A stretch of 64,000 bases of DNA, from IMG/VR virus record IMGVR_UViG_3300017971_000277, positions 8,863-72,862 of that record. One strand, 5' to 3'. Below the pieces are notes generated by a model. It worked only from the letters and a program-made list of their open reading frames with translations, searched no databases and was not told the origin of the DNA. Origin of the DNA: a virus. Positions 38,172-47,386 of the stretch are shown here, in pieces. The stretch's first letter is position 1, and each line of letters begins with the position of its first letter. Made by a program: the position numbers and the translations under genes.

Positions 38172-38525
38172 TTACCGCTCCGTCTCTCGCTCGTAGACCA
38201 GGGTCAGAGAAGACGCCTGCTCCTCAGTCCGCGCGACCGGGGCGTTGACTTGCTTCAGGATCGCCACCGGAACCTGCTCAAACACTACCTCTGCCACTAC
38301 AATCGACTCCTGAGCCTCTCGCGCGATGCTAACACTTGCTGCCTGCTGCCGAGCGAGTGGTTCAATCGAGACGACAAGCCGTGAGATTTCGGCCTGAGCG
38401 GTAGACACTCTGGCGATTGGGACAGACTCAAAGACAATCTCGGGCTGTGGAGGAGCGAGAGTAAGCGCGTCCAACCCAGCGAAGATGAACTGGAGTCGGA
38501 GGATGTCTCTGACCGCTCCGGCCAC
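38172..38525 (-). CDS. Hypothetical protein with internal repeat
   Basis: IVFESVPIAR / VVFEQVPVAI. Confidence 0.55.
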   Translation of the reverse strand: MAGAVRDILRLQFIFAGLDALTLAPPQPEIVFESVPIARVSTAQAEISRLVVSIEPLARQQAASVSIAREAQESIVVAEVVFEQVPVAILKQVNAPVARTEEQASSLTLVYERETER

Positions 38526-38528
38526 AGG

Positions 38529-39107
38529 CTAGTCCGTGTTGGCTTCAACGATCGGCTCAGCGTTGGGGTTCGTCGTAAGCGACTGCTCGTAGCTGACGGT
38601 CGTGTCGTCGGTTTCATAGACCTCGAGCTTGGTCCCATCGACCCGAACTCGGTTGGTGAGCTTCTGAATTGCGCCGCCAAGACTACGTTCGGTCGGAAGG
38701 CTCTCCGCGTCCGCGAGGTTGCGCTGTAGAAGATCCTTGTTCTGGTCGTAGACGCTAGTCCGCAGCAAGATCGTGTCGATCGTCGTCCCGCTCACCGCAC
38801 CGCTGACGATGTATTCAGCGCTGAGGTAGTTCGTAGCAGCAGGTAGGTTCGTGATCGAACCGATGTCCAACCCACCAGACAGCACGTAGAGTCCGTCGCC
38901 GAGATCCAGCAGAGACGCTTGCTTCGTCGTCCACCCGGAAGTCTTGAACGTGCTATCCGCAAAGTCGAGATAGCTGTCTGGAGTAGACGCGTCTCGAATC
39001 TGCAAGACGCACGTCAATCCAGCGACCCCACCGTCCGACGCTCGAGTAACGGCGAGCGTCAGCGGAAGAGCAGACTCGTCCCGTTCTGCCTGGATGGTGA
39101 CACTCAC
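38529..39107 (-). CDS. Putative virion accessory protein
   Basis: YLDFADSTFKTSGW, GLY, C-terminal LEVYETDDTT. Confidence 0.55.
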   Translation of the reverse strand: MSVTIQAERDESALPLTLAVTRASDGGVAGLTCVLQIRDASTPDSYLDFADSTFKTSGWTTKQASLLDLGDGLYVLSGGLDIGSITNLPAATNYLSAEYIVSGAVSGTTIDTILLRTSVYDQNKDLLQRNLADAESLPTERSLGGAIQKLTNRVRVDGTKLEVYETDDTTVSYEQSLTTNPNAEPIVEANTD

Positions 39108-39109
39108 GG

Positions 39110-39409
39110 CTAGATCTTGAACTCTCCCTTGTGAACCTTGGCGAGCACAGGAATCAGAGCCTTCAGGACCGACGCCGCGACGGGGTCGATGACCGAGTCC
39201 GGTCCCCAGAAGTCCGTGTTCTCGAGGACGTAGTCGATCAGCATCTCAGCCGTCTCGTGCTTCTCCTCGTTGGTCATCTCATCGACCTGACCAGTGATCT
39301 CCATGACCATCGGCGTGATAAGGACGATGTCCGACCACTGGAAACCATCGTCCAGCGTCGCGATGACCTTCTCGCCGTACTCACGGATCTGTTGGGGGGT
39401 GAACTTCAT
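39110..39409 (-). CDS. Hypothetical helical protein
   Basis: AGGAGG RBS before ATG 39409. Confidence 0.65.
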   Translation of the reverse strand: MKFTPQQIREYGEKVIATLDDGFQWSDIVLITPMVMEITGQVDEMTNEEKHETAEMLIDYVLENTDFWGPDSVIDPVAASVLKALIPVLAKVHKGEFKI

Positions 39410-39824
39410 GCTCTTCCTCCTGCGGCATTCCTTGCGGCCAGTATCGGGCACCAACAAAGAATCCGACCACGAGCGCTACGAGGTTAGCGTAGTCGAAGCC
39501 AGGCATCTCGACAGATTGATTCGCCAAGTCGCGCAGTAGCACGGCTACTGTCGCGGGGACGACAACCGAAAAGAAGATCCGCCGCCGCTCTTCTTTCGAT
39601 TTACGTTGTTCTGCGGGTTGGTTCCAGAACAGATGTCCGACCACGATGCCAAACACGAACGGGATCGAATACCAAGCGTGGCTCAGGTCACGAAAGATCT
39701 CGCTGATCGTGTCGCCCTCGACATCGTTGTGGGCGACGTAGACATCCCACAACGCTCCGACGCTGAAGAAGATCACCAGAAACGCGGAGGTGATCCTTCG
39801 CAGCCCTAGTGCCTTCTCGTTCAT
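39381..39824 (-). CDS. Membrane protein (~4 TM), holin candidate
   Basis: Four hydrophobic segments; duplicated GxxVGxxxWxQ. Confidence 0.55.
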   Translation of the reverse strand: MNEKALGLRRITSAFLVIFFSVGALWDVYVAHNDVEGDTISEIFRDLSHAWYSIPFVFGIVVGHLFWNQPAEQRKSKEERRRIFFSVVVPATVAVLLRDLANQSVEMPGFDYANLVALVVGFFVGARYWPQGMPQEEEHEVHPPTDP

Positions 39825-39831
39825 AGCTTGC

Positions 39832-40599
39832 CTACCGGGTCTTGACCCTTGCAGTGTAGAGAAGAATCCGGCACTGCGTAGGGGTCGCTTCTGGACCCTT
39901 CTTCAACGTGAATCGCCAGAGCCAGTGAGGCAACACCTTCTTGCCTTGGATGCCCGCGGCTGGCGTGACCTCCCCGTCCTTGACGGGATACTTGTTCGCT
40001 TGGCGAACAGCGACGATCTCGACCGCAAACAAGTGGTAGGCACCATCCTGATTCGGAGCCGGAGTGATGGACGGGTTCTGGGTCGGATCCCAATTCCAAA
40101 AGCCGGTATTGTCTTCCGCAGCCGGGACCGGGCAGAGGTTCTGATTGATCGTCCCGACTTCCAAGGTCGAGCCGTCCACCGTGAAGTCACCGTTTTCTGC
40201 TGGATAGAAGAACCCTAGCTCTGGATGGAGCGATGCGTTGCCGACACCAGGGGTGCTAGCAGGAGCGCTGGCGGGGAAGACGGTGTCCAGCGAAACCTCG
40301 TCGTTGACGCTGCTCGCCCACGCGCAGATCCGCCCACCCAGGATGTAGACGTAGTCGTGAAATCGCCCTTCGATCACGACCACGTCGTCGGGCGTGGACG
40401 TGTTAAAGATGATGGCGCCGCCTTCCCCGATCTCCTGGGACTGGTCGTCCTGATCGAAGCGCGAGGTTCCGTAGAACAAGTGCCCTGGCGGGACGACGCT
40501 CGGTTGGAAGATTGGAGTCTTGCGTGTCGTCTGTGGGAAGTTCGCGAGCGTCTCGTCCTCGTTGACGATGTAGGTCTTGACCTCGGGCTGGATCGGCAT
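39832..40599 (-). CDS. Putative virion accessory protein
   Basis: Head module position. Confidence 0.55.
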   Translation of the reverse strand: MPIQPEVKTYIVNEDETLANFPQTTRKTPIFQPSVVPPGHLFYGTSRFDQDDQSQEIGEGGAIIFNTSTPDDVVVIEGRFHDYVYILGGRICAWASSVNDEVSLDTVFPASAPASTPGVGNASLHPELGFFYPAENGDFTVDGSTLEVGTINQNLCPVPAAEDNTGFWNWDPTQNPSITPAPNQDGAYHLFAVEIVAVRQANKYPVKDGEVTPAAGIQGKKVLPHWLWRFTLKKGPEATPTQCRILLYTARVKTR

Positions 40600-40601
40600 A
40601 T

Positions 40602-41312
40602 CTACTCCGTAGCCGCTGCGAACGCGATGGCGCTGGCTGGGTTGGTCAGGCTGCCTGCCGTCGCGGGCAGGGTCGCCCCGGCAACGCTCTGCCTACGAAC
40701 CGGCGCGTAGTTCTCGCGGTAGACCGCGCCGGTCACGATCAGCTTGAGCGACGCGCTGTCCACCACGATGGCGACCCAGTAGAAGCCGGACTCTGGAACC
40801 GTGTAGGTTGATGTTAGGGGTAGGCTAAAGTAGGTTCCGTCAGGGACGCCCCCGGTTGGCGTCGAGTTACTCTGGGCAAGCCGATTGACGGGGTCGCCCT
40901 GAGTGTCGCCTGGATCTGCTTGGTCGTAGAGGCCGACGCGGATCGACCGGTTGGCGTTGCCGCCCGAGTCCACGAAGACTTCGACGGCGCTGATCTGGAG
41001 GCCCGCGAGCAAAAAGATTCGTGTATATTGGATCTCGCCCGAGGGCAGGCCACCCGCTATCGAGTAGCCGAGGCTCGTGCCCAGGAGGTAGAGTCCTGGG
41101 CTGTCGGTGTTGTCGATGGTGTTAGTTGTTTGCACCCAGACAGCTGCACCGTTTGTGCTATCTGCGCAGACAAAGACACGTCGCGGTGACGCGCCGTTAT
41201 TCAACCAAAGAGCACCAACCTCGTAACCAGCTGCGAAGTCGTCACTTGACGTAGGATCGACTGTCGTGATTCGGTTGAATCTAACAGTCTGTTCTCCACG
41301 AATATCAGACAT
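40602..41312 (-). CDS. Putative virion accessory protein
   Basis: DPTSSDDFAAGYEVGALWLN..VFVC..GAAVW fibre-type N-terminus; RVGLYD..YWVA beta-sandwich. Confidence 0.6.
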   Translation of the reverse strand: MSDIRGEQTVRFNRITTVDPTSSDDFAAGYEVGALWLNNGASPRRVFVCADSTNGAAVWVQTTNTIDNTDSPGLYLLGTSLGYSIAGGLPSGEIQYTRIFLLAGLQISAVEVFVDSGGNANRSIRVGLYDQADPGDTQGDPVNRLAQSNSTPTGGVPDGTYFSLPLTSTYTVPESGFYWVAIVVDSASLKLIVTGAVYRENYAPVRRQSVAGATLPATAGSLTNPASAIAFAAATE

Positions 41313-42412
41313 TAGTAGCTACTCGGCATCTCCCAGCTGGTTCGCTCGCCCACGAACAGGCGCTTGGCGAAGTAGAACTGTGTCGTGCTGACCCAAATGA
41401 CATCTTGCTGCTTGGATTGCAGGACGCCGTTCCGCCAAATCTTGATGCGGTTGTCGTCACGGAAGTCGTTTCCGTTGGCGGGAAGGGCGGGCGTTCCGAA
41501 CGAGGCAACACCCGTCTGAGCACCCGCAGTCGTGAACACGCCAGTCGTGACGTTGACCGGATCGTTCGCTGCTGGACCCAGGATCGCGCCGGGAGCCGAG
41601 ATGTCGTACTCCCGCCAGGGAAGACGGACGAGTTGCGTGCCGGGGTCGATCACGTCGGGCAGCGCACCCGCGCCTGCGATCAGACCACCGGGAGGGAGGT
41701 TGAACAGGTTCGTGCAGCGGCGGAAGTTGTAGTTGTAGGTTCCGGCAGGGAGGCTGACCGAGACGACCGCGTTCGTGCCGGGATCGACCTTCACGAAGCT
41801 GATCTGAAGGTTCTCGCTCAGAGCAGCCGCGATAGCGGTTCCGTCACCCGTGCCGTTGATCGTCTGCGCGAGGCCGAAGACCACCGCTCCACCATCCAGC
41901 GGAGGATCGTTGGTGGAGTCATCGATGATGTCCACCTTGTTCAGCACGATGCCACCGGAGTCCACGAGTTGCGTCAGGCCGACACCGAGCGTGCCTGCGA
42001 CGGTGAAGTTGGGCTCGGGAGCAGCCGCGACACCACCCGTAGCCGTCGAAGCGGCGAGGACCGCGAGAATCTTCGGAGTGCGGGAAACGAGGCTGGCGTC
42101 CACCAGAACACCAGCAGCCGCAGCACCCAGGACGACTTGCTGGACTGCCGTATCGAAGGGATCGACGTAGAACAGCTTCTTGTCGTGGATCTGCTTGATG
42201 CCGAAGTTGTCGAACCCAGCAGCCGCGATGTCTTGGAACCAGTCGCCTGACCCCGTTCCGTCGTAGAGACGGTTGATCTGCGACCGCAGGTTGTTGAGAT
42301 CCCACTCAACGAACGGATCGGTCGCTGGCGGGGTTTCCATGCCAGCGCCCGCAGCCTGGGTGTCGGTGTAGAACCGCGAATTGCGGATCTGCTCTTGCTC
42401 GATGTCAGACAC
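41312..42412 (-). CDS. Putative head decoration/fibre protein
   Basis: 366 aa; C-terminal domain paralogous to next gene. Confidence 0.55.
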   Translation of the reverse strand: MSDIEQEQIRNSRFYTDTQAAGAGMETPPATDPFVEWDLNNLRSQINRLYDGTGSGDWFQDIAAAGFDNFGIKQIHDKKLFYVDPFDTAVQQVVLGAAAAGVLVDASLVSRTPKILAVLAASTATGGVAAAPEPNFTVAGTLGVGLTQLVDSGGIVLNKVDIIDDSTNDPPLDGGAVVFGLAQTINGTGDGTAIAAALSENLQISFVKVDPGTNAVVSVSLPAGTYNYNFRRCTNLFNLPPGGLIAGAGALPDVIDPGTQLVRLPWREYDISAPGAILGPAANDPVNVTTGVFTTAGAQTGVASFGTPALPANGNDFRDDNRIKIWRNGVLQSKQQDVIWVSTTQFYFAKRLFVGERTSWEMPSSY

Positions 42413-42420
42413 AGGTGCTC

Positions 42421-42771
42421 CTAGTCAATCGGGGCTCTGATGGTGAGTTTGTTGCCGGAGAAGATCCGCTTCCCTGGCAATCGGACTTGCGTTGTGGACA
42501 CCCACTCGACTGAGCAAGCATCCGTTCCACCCTTGTCGAGCAGAACACCGTTGAGGCTTATCTCCGTGCGCGCTTCGTCGTTGAACGCTGCCGCGCTCGG
42601 AGAGAGGACGACGTTGGTGTCGCCTTTGACGGTGGCCGGAGAACCTACCCCGGCGTAGACACCCGTCTGGATGTTGATCGTGGTGTTGGCAGGAAGTGGC
42701 GTTGTGGCACCCGCGAAGACGAGCACCACCTCACGTAGTTCGAATGGAGCATCGACCTCGAGAGTCGCCAC
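42421..42771 (-). CDS. Putative head decoration protein
   Basis: NGVL..K..WVSTTQ shared with 41312..42412. Confidence 0.55.
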   Translation of the reverse strand: MATLEVDAPFELREVVLVFAGATTPLPANTTINIQTGVYAGVGSPATVKGDTNVVLSPSAAAFNDEARTEISLNGVLLDKGGTDACSVEWVSTTQVRLPGKRIFSGNKLTIRAPID

Positions 42772-42780
42772 AGCTTAGTC

Positions 42781-42993
42781 CTAGCCGCAAAGCTCGTTGA
42801 GCTTGTCCTCGATCAGCTTCGCGTCCTGACACCACCGCTCGTAGACCCGCATCTTGAAGCGGTGTCGCACGTTCGTCCCGACCATCTCCTTGCGGAGAGT
42901 CCGCATCAGGTCACGAATCTCCTCGACCTGTTCGAGAGGAACAGCCGGGGGCGGCGGGGGCGGAAGAATGGTGTCGGTCATTTCGTTCGGCAT
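42781..42993 (-). CDS. Small protein with polyproline N-terminus
   Basis: AGGAGG RBS; LPPPPPPA. Confidence 0.65.
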   Translation of the reverse strand: MPNEMTDTILPPPPPPAVPLEQVEEIRDLMRTLRKEMVGTNVRHRFKMRVYERWCQDAKLIEDKLNELCG

Positions 42994-43011
42994 AGAAGCC
43001 TCCTAGTGAAT

Positions 43012-43043
43012 GGGGGCTGAGAGCCGAAAAGCCCTCAGCCCCC
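43012..43043 (-). terminator. Strong hairpin after major capsid gene
   Basis: GGGGGCTGAGGGC-TTTTCG-GCTCTCAGCCCCC; weak U-tail. Confidence 0.6.
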
Positions 43044-43068
43044 GAGTTCGGTCCTAGTCGGTCGAGGT

Positions 43069-44217
43069 CTAGCCGACGAAGAGTTGGCTCATGCCCTCCT
43101 CGTTGTGGACCTCGACGGTGTACTCGCCGATGACCATGCCCTTCTCGGCGTCGCCCGTCCGCGAGACGGACTGGAACTGGAAGGACCGACCGCGCAGCGG
43201 GACGACGTGGACGCGCTGGCTGCTGACGATCATCAGCGAGTTCTGGGGCATCCAGCGACCCAACACGACCTCGAGATCACCGTAGGTGCTCTCGAACATG
43301 CTGACGCGCTGGTGGAAGCGCTCGTCGCGGTTCATCACCTCGACGCGCGTGTCGTTGAAGCTGTCGATCTGCTGCTTCAGGTTGGCGTCCGCGACGATCA
43401 CGTCGATGTCGGTGCCACCGTTGTCCCAGGCCAGACGGATCGCACTGTTCAGGGCATCGACGGTGAGCCCGCCGACCGAACCGATCGTCGCGATGTTGGT
43501 CGCGATCTGAGCCAGGATGCCGTCGAAGGTGCGGTACGCGGTGCTGCTGCCGAGCGTGTTGCCCGAAGAGCGTCCGCGGATCACTGCCTTCTCGAGATCG
43601 CGCAGCGACTCACGGAGACGCTGCGTGCGCTGGTAGTCCATCTCGTCCGAGATGCCACCAAGCTGCTGGGTCGCCTGCACGGTGCCGCTGACGATCAGAT
43701 CCTTCTTGAAGATCTGGGTGTAGTTCGTCTTGCGGACGCGCGGACGGCTGATGTCCGCGACCACGTCGGCACCCTCGAGCGAGGCGTCCGAGATCACGTA
43801 GAGCGCGGTGCCCGCGGCGATCGTGGCCGCGGTGGTGCCGCCGAACTGACGATCGACGGTGATGAAGTCACCGCTCTTGCCGGTGATCTGGAGGTACTCC
43901 CCGGTGGACTCCACCTGAAGGACCGCACCGACCTGAAGGAACTGCGTCACGGCACCCCCGGTGAGGGTGTCCTTCTGAAGCTCGATCGAGGTCGCGCCGG
44001 TCGCCGCGGTAGCGAGCGCGGAGGTGGCGACGGTGTTGGGGTTGAGAGCGTCCTCGAGCCACTCGTGGAGGACGTTGAACGCGGGCCGCGGGGCCTGCGC
44101 CATTCGGTCCAGCACGGGGGTTTCGAAAGGCGAAATCATGGAGATCACGTCGGAGACATCCTCCGCGATCCCGTCGAAAACGCCCGTGTCATAGACGGCG
44201 CGTCCAGTGAAAGCCAT
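43069..44217 (-). CDS. Major capsid protein (DUF5309/SU10-like HK97 fold)
   Basis: EDVSDVISMISPFETP, HEWLED, NYTQIF, VSGT, GEYTVEV. Confidence 0.93.
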   Translation of the reverse strand: MAFTGRAVYDTGVFDGIAEDVSDVISMISPFETPVLDRMAQAPRPAFNVLHEWLEDALNPNTVATSALATAATGATSIELQKDTLTGGAVTQFLQVGAVLQVESTGEYLQITGKSGDFITVDRQFGGTTAATIAAGTALYVISDASLEGADVVADISRPRVRKTNYTQIFKKDLIVSGTVQATQQLGGISDEMDYQRTQRLRESLRDLEKAVIRGRSSGNTLGSSTAYRTFDGILAQIATNIATIGSVGGLTVDALNSAIRLAWDNGGTDIDVIVADANLKQQIDSFNDTRVEVMNRDERFHQRVSMFESTYGDLEVVLGRWMPQNSLMIVSSQRVHVVPLRGRSFQFQSVSRTGDAEKGMVIGEYTVEVHNEEGMSQLFVG

Positions 44218-44251
44218 ATCCGATTCTCTTTCTTCTGCGCGCCGACTGGCG

Positions 44252-45067
44252 CTACTTCATGGAGTTGAGCTTCTGCTCCAGGCTGCTCACCAACCGCTTC
44301 TGGCGGTTGTATTCCTGCAAAGCCGCGCCGCTGTTCGTGCGGCTGACCTTCTGCTTGATCTGCTCGAGCTTCGCGCGCTCGCGCTCCAAGTCCTTCTGGA
44401 CCGCAGCGCGGCGGGGAGGCGCACCATTCGTGGTGCCGGCGCCTCCGCGGCTCGTCTTGGGGCTACGGAAGATGTCCAGCATCTCCTCAGCAACGCCCTC
44501 GTGGATGGGGACGAAGTTCCCACCCTTGGTCTTGTAGTACCACTCCCCGTCGATGTCGTCCCACTCGATGTTGTGGAGGAAGTGGCGGGTCGCCGGGACC
44601 TTCGCCTTCTCGGCGACGCCCGCAAGTTGAAGCGCTTCGGAGAGCAGACGGTCACGCTCGACGGTGCGACGCTTCTTGCGCTCTTGGGTGGCCTCGCTCG
44701 TGAGGAGTTCGATCTGCTCCTTGAGGTTCTGGACCTCTCGCTCGTGCCGCTTCTGGAGAAGCTCGAGTTGACCCGCGACGTTGGGGTCACCGATCGCACC
44801 CGGATTCGGCTCCGGGTCGGGAGCGGGCTGGCTAAGGTTGGAGATCTTCTCCTCGAGAGCAGCCATCCGCTGCTCCTGCTCCTTCAGCTTCCGCTCGTAG
44901 GAACGACGAAGAGCGGCCTCTCGCCGGTTCGCCTCCTTCTCGGTGATGGTCGGCTCCGCAGGCTCCGGGGGCGGAGGGGGCGGAGCGGTGCCAGTAGCGG
45001 ACGAGCCTTCGCCGCCAGGGTCGTCAGGCGACATCAGCCGCCAAATCAGGATGCTCTTCAGAAACAT
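44252..45067 (-). CDS. Capsid scaffolding protein
   Basis: Coiled coil, GGAG C-terminal region, between portal and MCP. Confidence 0.75.
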   Translation of the reverse strand: MFLKSILIWRLMSPDDPGGEGSSATGTAPPPPPPEPAEPTITEKEANRREAALRRSYERKLKEQEQRMAALEEKISNLSQPAPDPEPNPGAIGDPNVAGQLELLQKRHEREVQNLKEQIELLTSEATQERKKRRTVERDRLLSEALQLAGVAEKAKVPATRHFLHNIEWDDIDGEWYYKTKGGNFVPIHEGVAEEMLDIFRSPKTSRGGAGTTNGAPPRRAAVQKDLERERAKLEQIKQKVSRTNSGAALQEYNRQKRLVSSLEQKLNSMK

Positions 45068-45084
45068 GATCTTCTCCCCGCGCT

Positions 45085-46779
45085 TTAGGCCGCGGTTACC
45101 TCACCCGGATCGGCTCCGGTTGCCGTCCCCGAGTCCTCGTCGGGTGCAGACGCCTCAGTTCCCTCTGGTTCCGGCTGGGGAGGAGTCGTCCCACCGGGAG
45201 GTCGTGTTTGGAAGATCGACTCGAGCGAAGCATCTTGCTCCGCGTCTTCGATCTCTTGCTCGATCACCTGTCGAAGCATGGTGGAGTCGCTGGCGAACAG
45301 CTTGCGAGCCACCTTCTTCTCGAGTTCCTTGATAGCCGTCTCGGAGGTCAGTGAGCCGCGAGCCAGGGTCATTCCCTGGAACAGCATCAGTTCATCCTCG
45401 ACACCGAACTCAGAAGGATACGTGATTGTGCCGTCGAATCTTTCACCCATCCAGCGGGCGATCATCCGGTGGACACGCGTTTCCGCCTGTTGAAGTCCAA
45501 GTGCCTTGGCTGCAAGGGATTGGTTCGTTTCGAGGAACTGGAAGGCGTGGGCGATTCCACTGCTCGCTTGGCGCACGTCTCCTAGACCACCAGACGGGCG
45601 AACCTTCGCCAGCCGTCGGATCTCGTCTCGAGCTTCCTTCATCCACTCTTGGATCAGCTTGAGTGCAGTCTCGCCAGGAACGAGGTACTCCGGCTTGTTG
45701 CCACCCGGCTCATACTCGAGCACGTTGCCGTGTGAAAGCTGCGCCGGAGCATCGCCCTCGCCGCGCTCCATCGCCAGCACGTTGAGGCAGCGTTCGAAGA
45801 TCTCCTCGTCGCCGAGCGAACTCCAGTTCAGGATCGCGATGTTGATGTCGCTGATGTCGCGGACGCTCGAGACACCGAACCAAGGGTGATCCGCCTGCTT
45901 CTGCATCCGCAGGATGACGAGCGGAACGACCCCAAGACCGTGCTCCTGACTGCGGACGAGGAATGCAGTCTCTCCGACGCTGCTGGTCGGGTCGTCTGGA
46001 GGAGTCACCGACGGGTTGCGCTTGACGAGCTTCCACTCCTCGAACTTCTCGCGATCCCAGATGACGAAGTTGCGGACTTCTTCCTCGACCGGCTGCTTCC
46101 AGTCACGCTCTTCGTCGGGACGGACGATCTCGACCTTGACCCACTTGAAATTCCCGTAGTCGTCAAGCTCCCAGTCGAGGATCTGCTTGGCGTGTAGGAG
46201 AGTCAGGTAGGGGCGGAAGTTGGCTTCCTTGCGATCCGCTTCGGTGTCGAACTCCTCGACCGGCGTCTCTGGCATATCCACGAGGATTCCGACGTGACCC
46301 TCGACCTGAGCATAGGTACAGGCTTCTTGCCAGAATACGTCCCACAAGGTGCCGTTGAAGTCGGCGTCCTTGTAGATCTCTTCGAAGTCCTCAGCCAGCG
46401 TTCCGGGGTTGCGGTCGATCGGCGCGTGGAACAAGAACGCGGTGAACGTATCGACCACGTCCTCGACGTAATTGTAAAAGTACCCTCTTTCGACCCTCTT
46501 CTTCCACGTTGCGTCGTCTTCGCGAAGGTGGCGATGGATGTACTCGTAGACATCCTTGCCTTCGTAGAGGTTGAGGTACTTCTGCCACTTGAGGGCTTGG
46601 TCGTCGTAGGTCGGGTTCGTGTACTCGAGCGCTTCGGCTTCCGACAGGATGTTCGGAGGCGTGATCGTCGGGTTGACGTTGCGATCACGGTCGAGATCGA
46701 TGGCAGCATTTGCCCCTACGGCTTGCGTCACCGCACCGTAGACACCTCGCTGTAGATCGTCTTCGCCGAAGATACCCAT
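45085..46779 (-). CDS. Portal protein
   Basis: 564 aa; YNYVEDVVD, HGLGVVPLV, SSGIA, YPSEF; position. Confidence 0.88.
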   Translation of the reverse strand: MGIFGEDDLQRGVYGAVTQAVGANAAIDLDRDRNVNPTITPPNILSEAEALEYTNPTYDDQALKWQKYLNLYEGKDVYEYIHRHLREDDATWKKRVERGYFYNYVEDVVDTFTAFLFHAPIDRNPGTLAEDFEEIYKDADFNGTLWDVFWQEACTYAQVEGHVGILVDMPETPVEEFDTEADRKEANFRPYLTLLHAKQILDWELDDYGNFKWVKVEIVRPDEERDWKQPVEEEVRNFVIWDREKFEEWKLVKRNPSVTPPDDPTSSVGETAFLVRSQEHGLGVVPLVILRMQKQADHPWFGVSSVRDISDINIAILNWSSLGDEEIFERCLNVLAMERGEGDAPAQLSHGNVLEYEPGGNKPEYLVPGETALKLIQEWMKEARDEIRRLAKVRPSGGLGDVRQASSGIAHAFQFLETNQSLAAKALGLQQAETRVHRMIARWMGERFDGTITYPSEFGVEDELMLFQGMTLARGSLTSETAIKELEKKVARKLFASDSTMLRQVIEQEIEDAEQDASLESIFQTRPPGGTTPPQPEPEGTEASAPDEDSGTATGADPGEVTAA

Positions 46780-46820
46780 CGCGCTTACCCTAGCTGCTTG
46801 ATTCCGTTAGGTCTACAGCT

Positions 46821-47171
46821 TCAAGACTGGAGGCTACCGGCAAGCGACCTGGCAGCAAGCTTGATCCCCTCGGTGACCGCGGTCGCAGCAATGGCGAGAA
46901 GGGTGTCGATCAGAGCGTCTCGCCAAGCCCGAAGTTCAAGCCACGCACGGGCTTCCACCGAGAACTTGGTCAGCGAGAACTCGGCCTGAAGGGCAACTTT
47001 GGCGCGCTCATCTCCACTGAGGGCGCGGGCGATTTGGTCCGCGGTCGCGTGGAAATCGGCCTTCTGGAGAGCATCGAGGGCTTCCGCGCCCTTCGCCTTG
47101 GCCCGAGCGACCGCGTCCTCGCGGATGCTCTTCGCGAGCCCCTCGACGGTGGTCACTGGTCCTCCGTCCAC
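46821..47171 (-). CDS. Hypothetical helical protein
   Basis: Overlaps lipoprotein gene end; amphipathic C-terminus. Confidence 0.6.
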   Translation of the reverse strand: MDGGPVTTVEGLAKSIREDAVARAKAKGAEALDALQKADFHATADQIARALSGDERAKVALQAEFSLTKFSVEARAWLELRAWRDALIDTLLAIAATAVTEGIKLAARSLAGSLQS

Positions 47172-47386
47172 TTGCCCTCGGCCTTCAGCACCTCAACCGC
47201 GTTGTCGTTCGCGATATAGAGCTTGGAGAGCACGGGAGCCGCAGTCGCGTCGGGCTTGTAGTGGCCGGTCTTGATCTCGAGCTTGAGGAACTTCTCGAAA
47301 TCCTTCTGCGCCTTCACGTAGCTGGTCTGGAGGTTGGTGCAACAACCTCCGACCACCATCACCATCAGCAGCAAAGCCTTCTTCAT
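47153..47386 (-). CDS. Putative lipoprotein
   Basis: MKKALLLMVMVVGG-C signal and lipobox. Confidence 0.65.
   Translation of the reverse strand: MKKALLLMVMVVGGCCTNLQTSYVKAQKDFEKFLKLEIKTGHYKPDATAAPVLSKLYIANDNAVEVLKAEGKWTEDQ

Noticed and set aside
43084-44268. Long plus-strand ORFs opposite structural genes (also 30894..32078, 33149..34501, 20429..21493, 44207..45088)
   Set aside because: Antisense shadows typical of GC-rich, strongly codon-biased genes; no motifs or RBS
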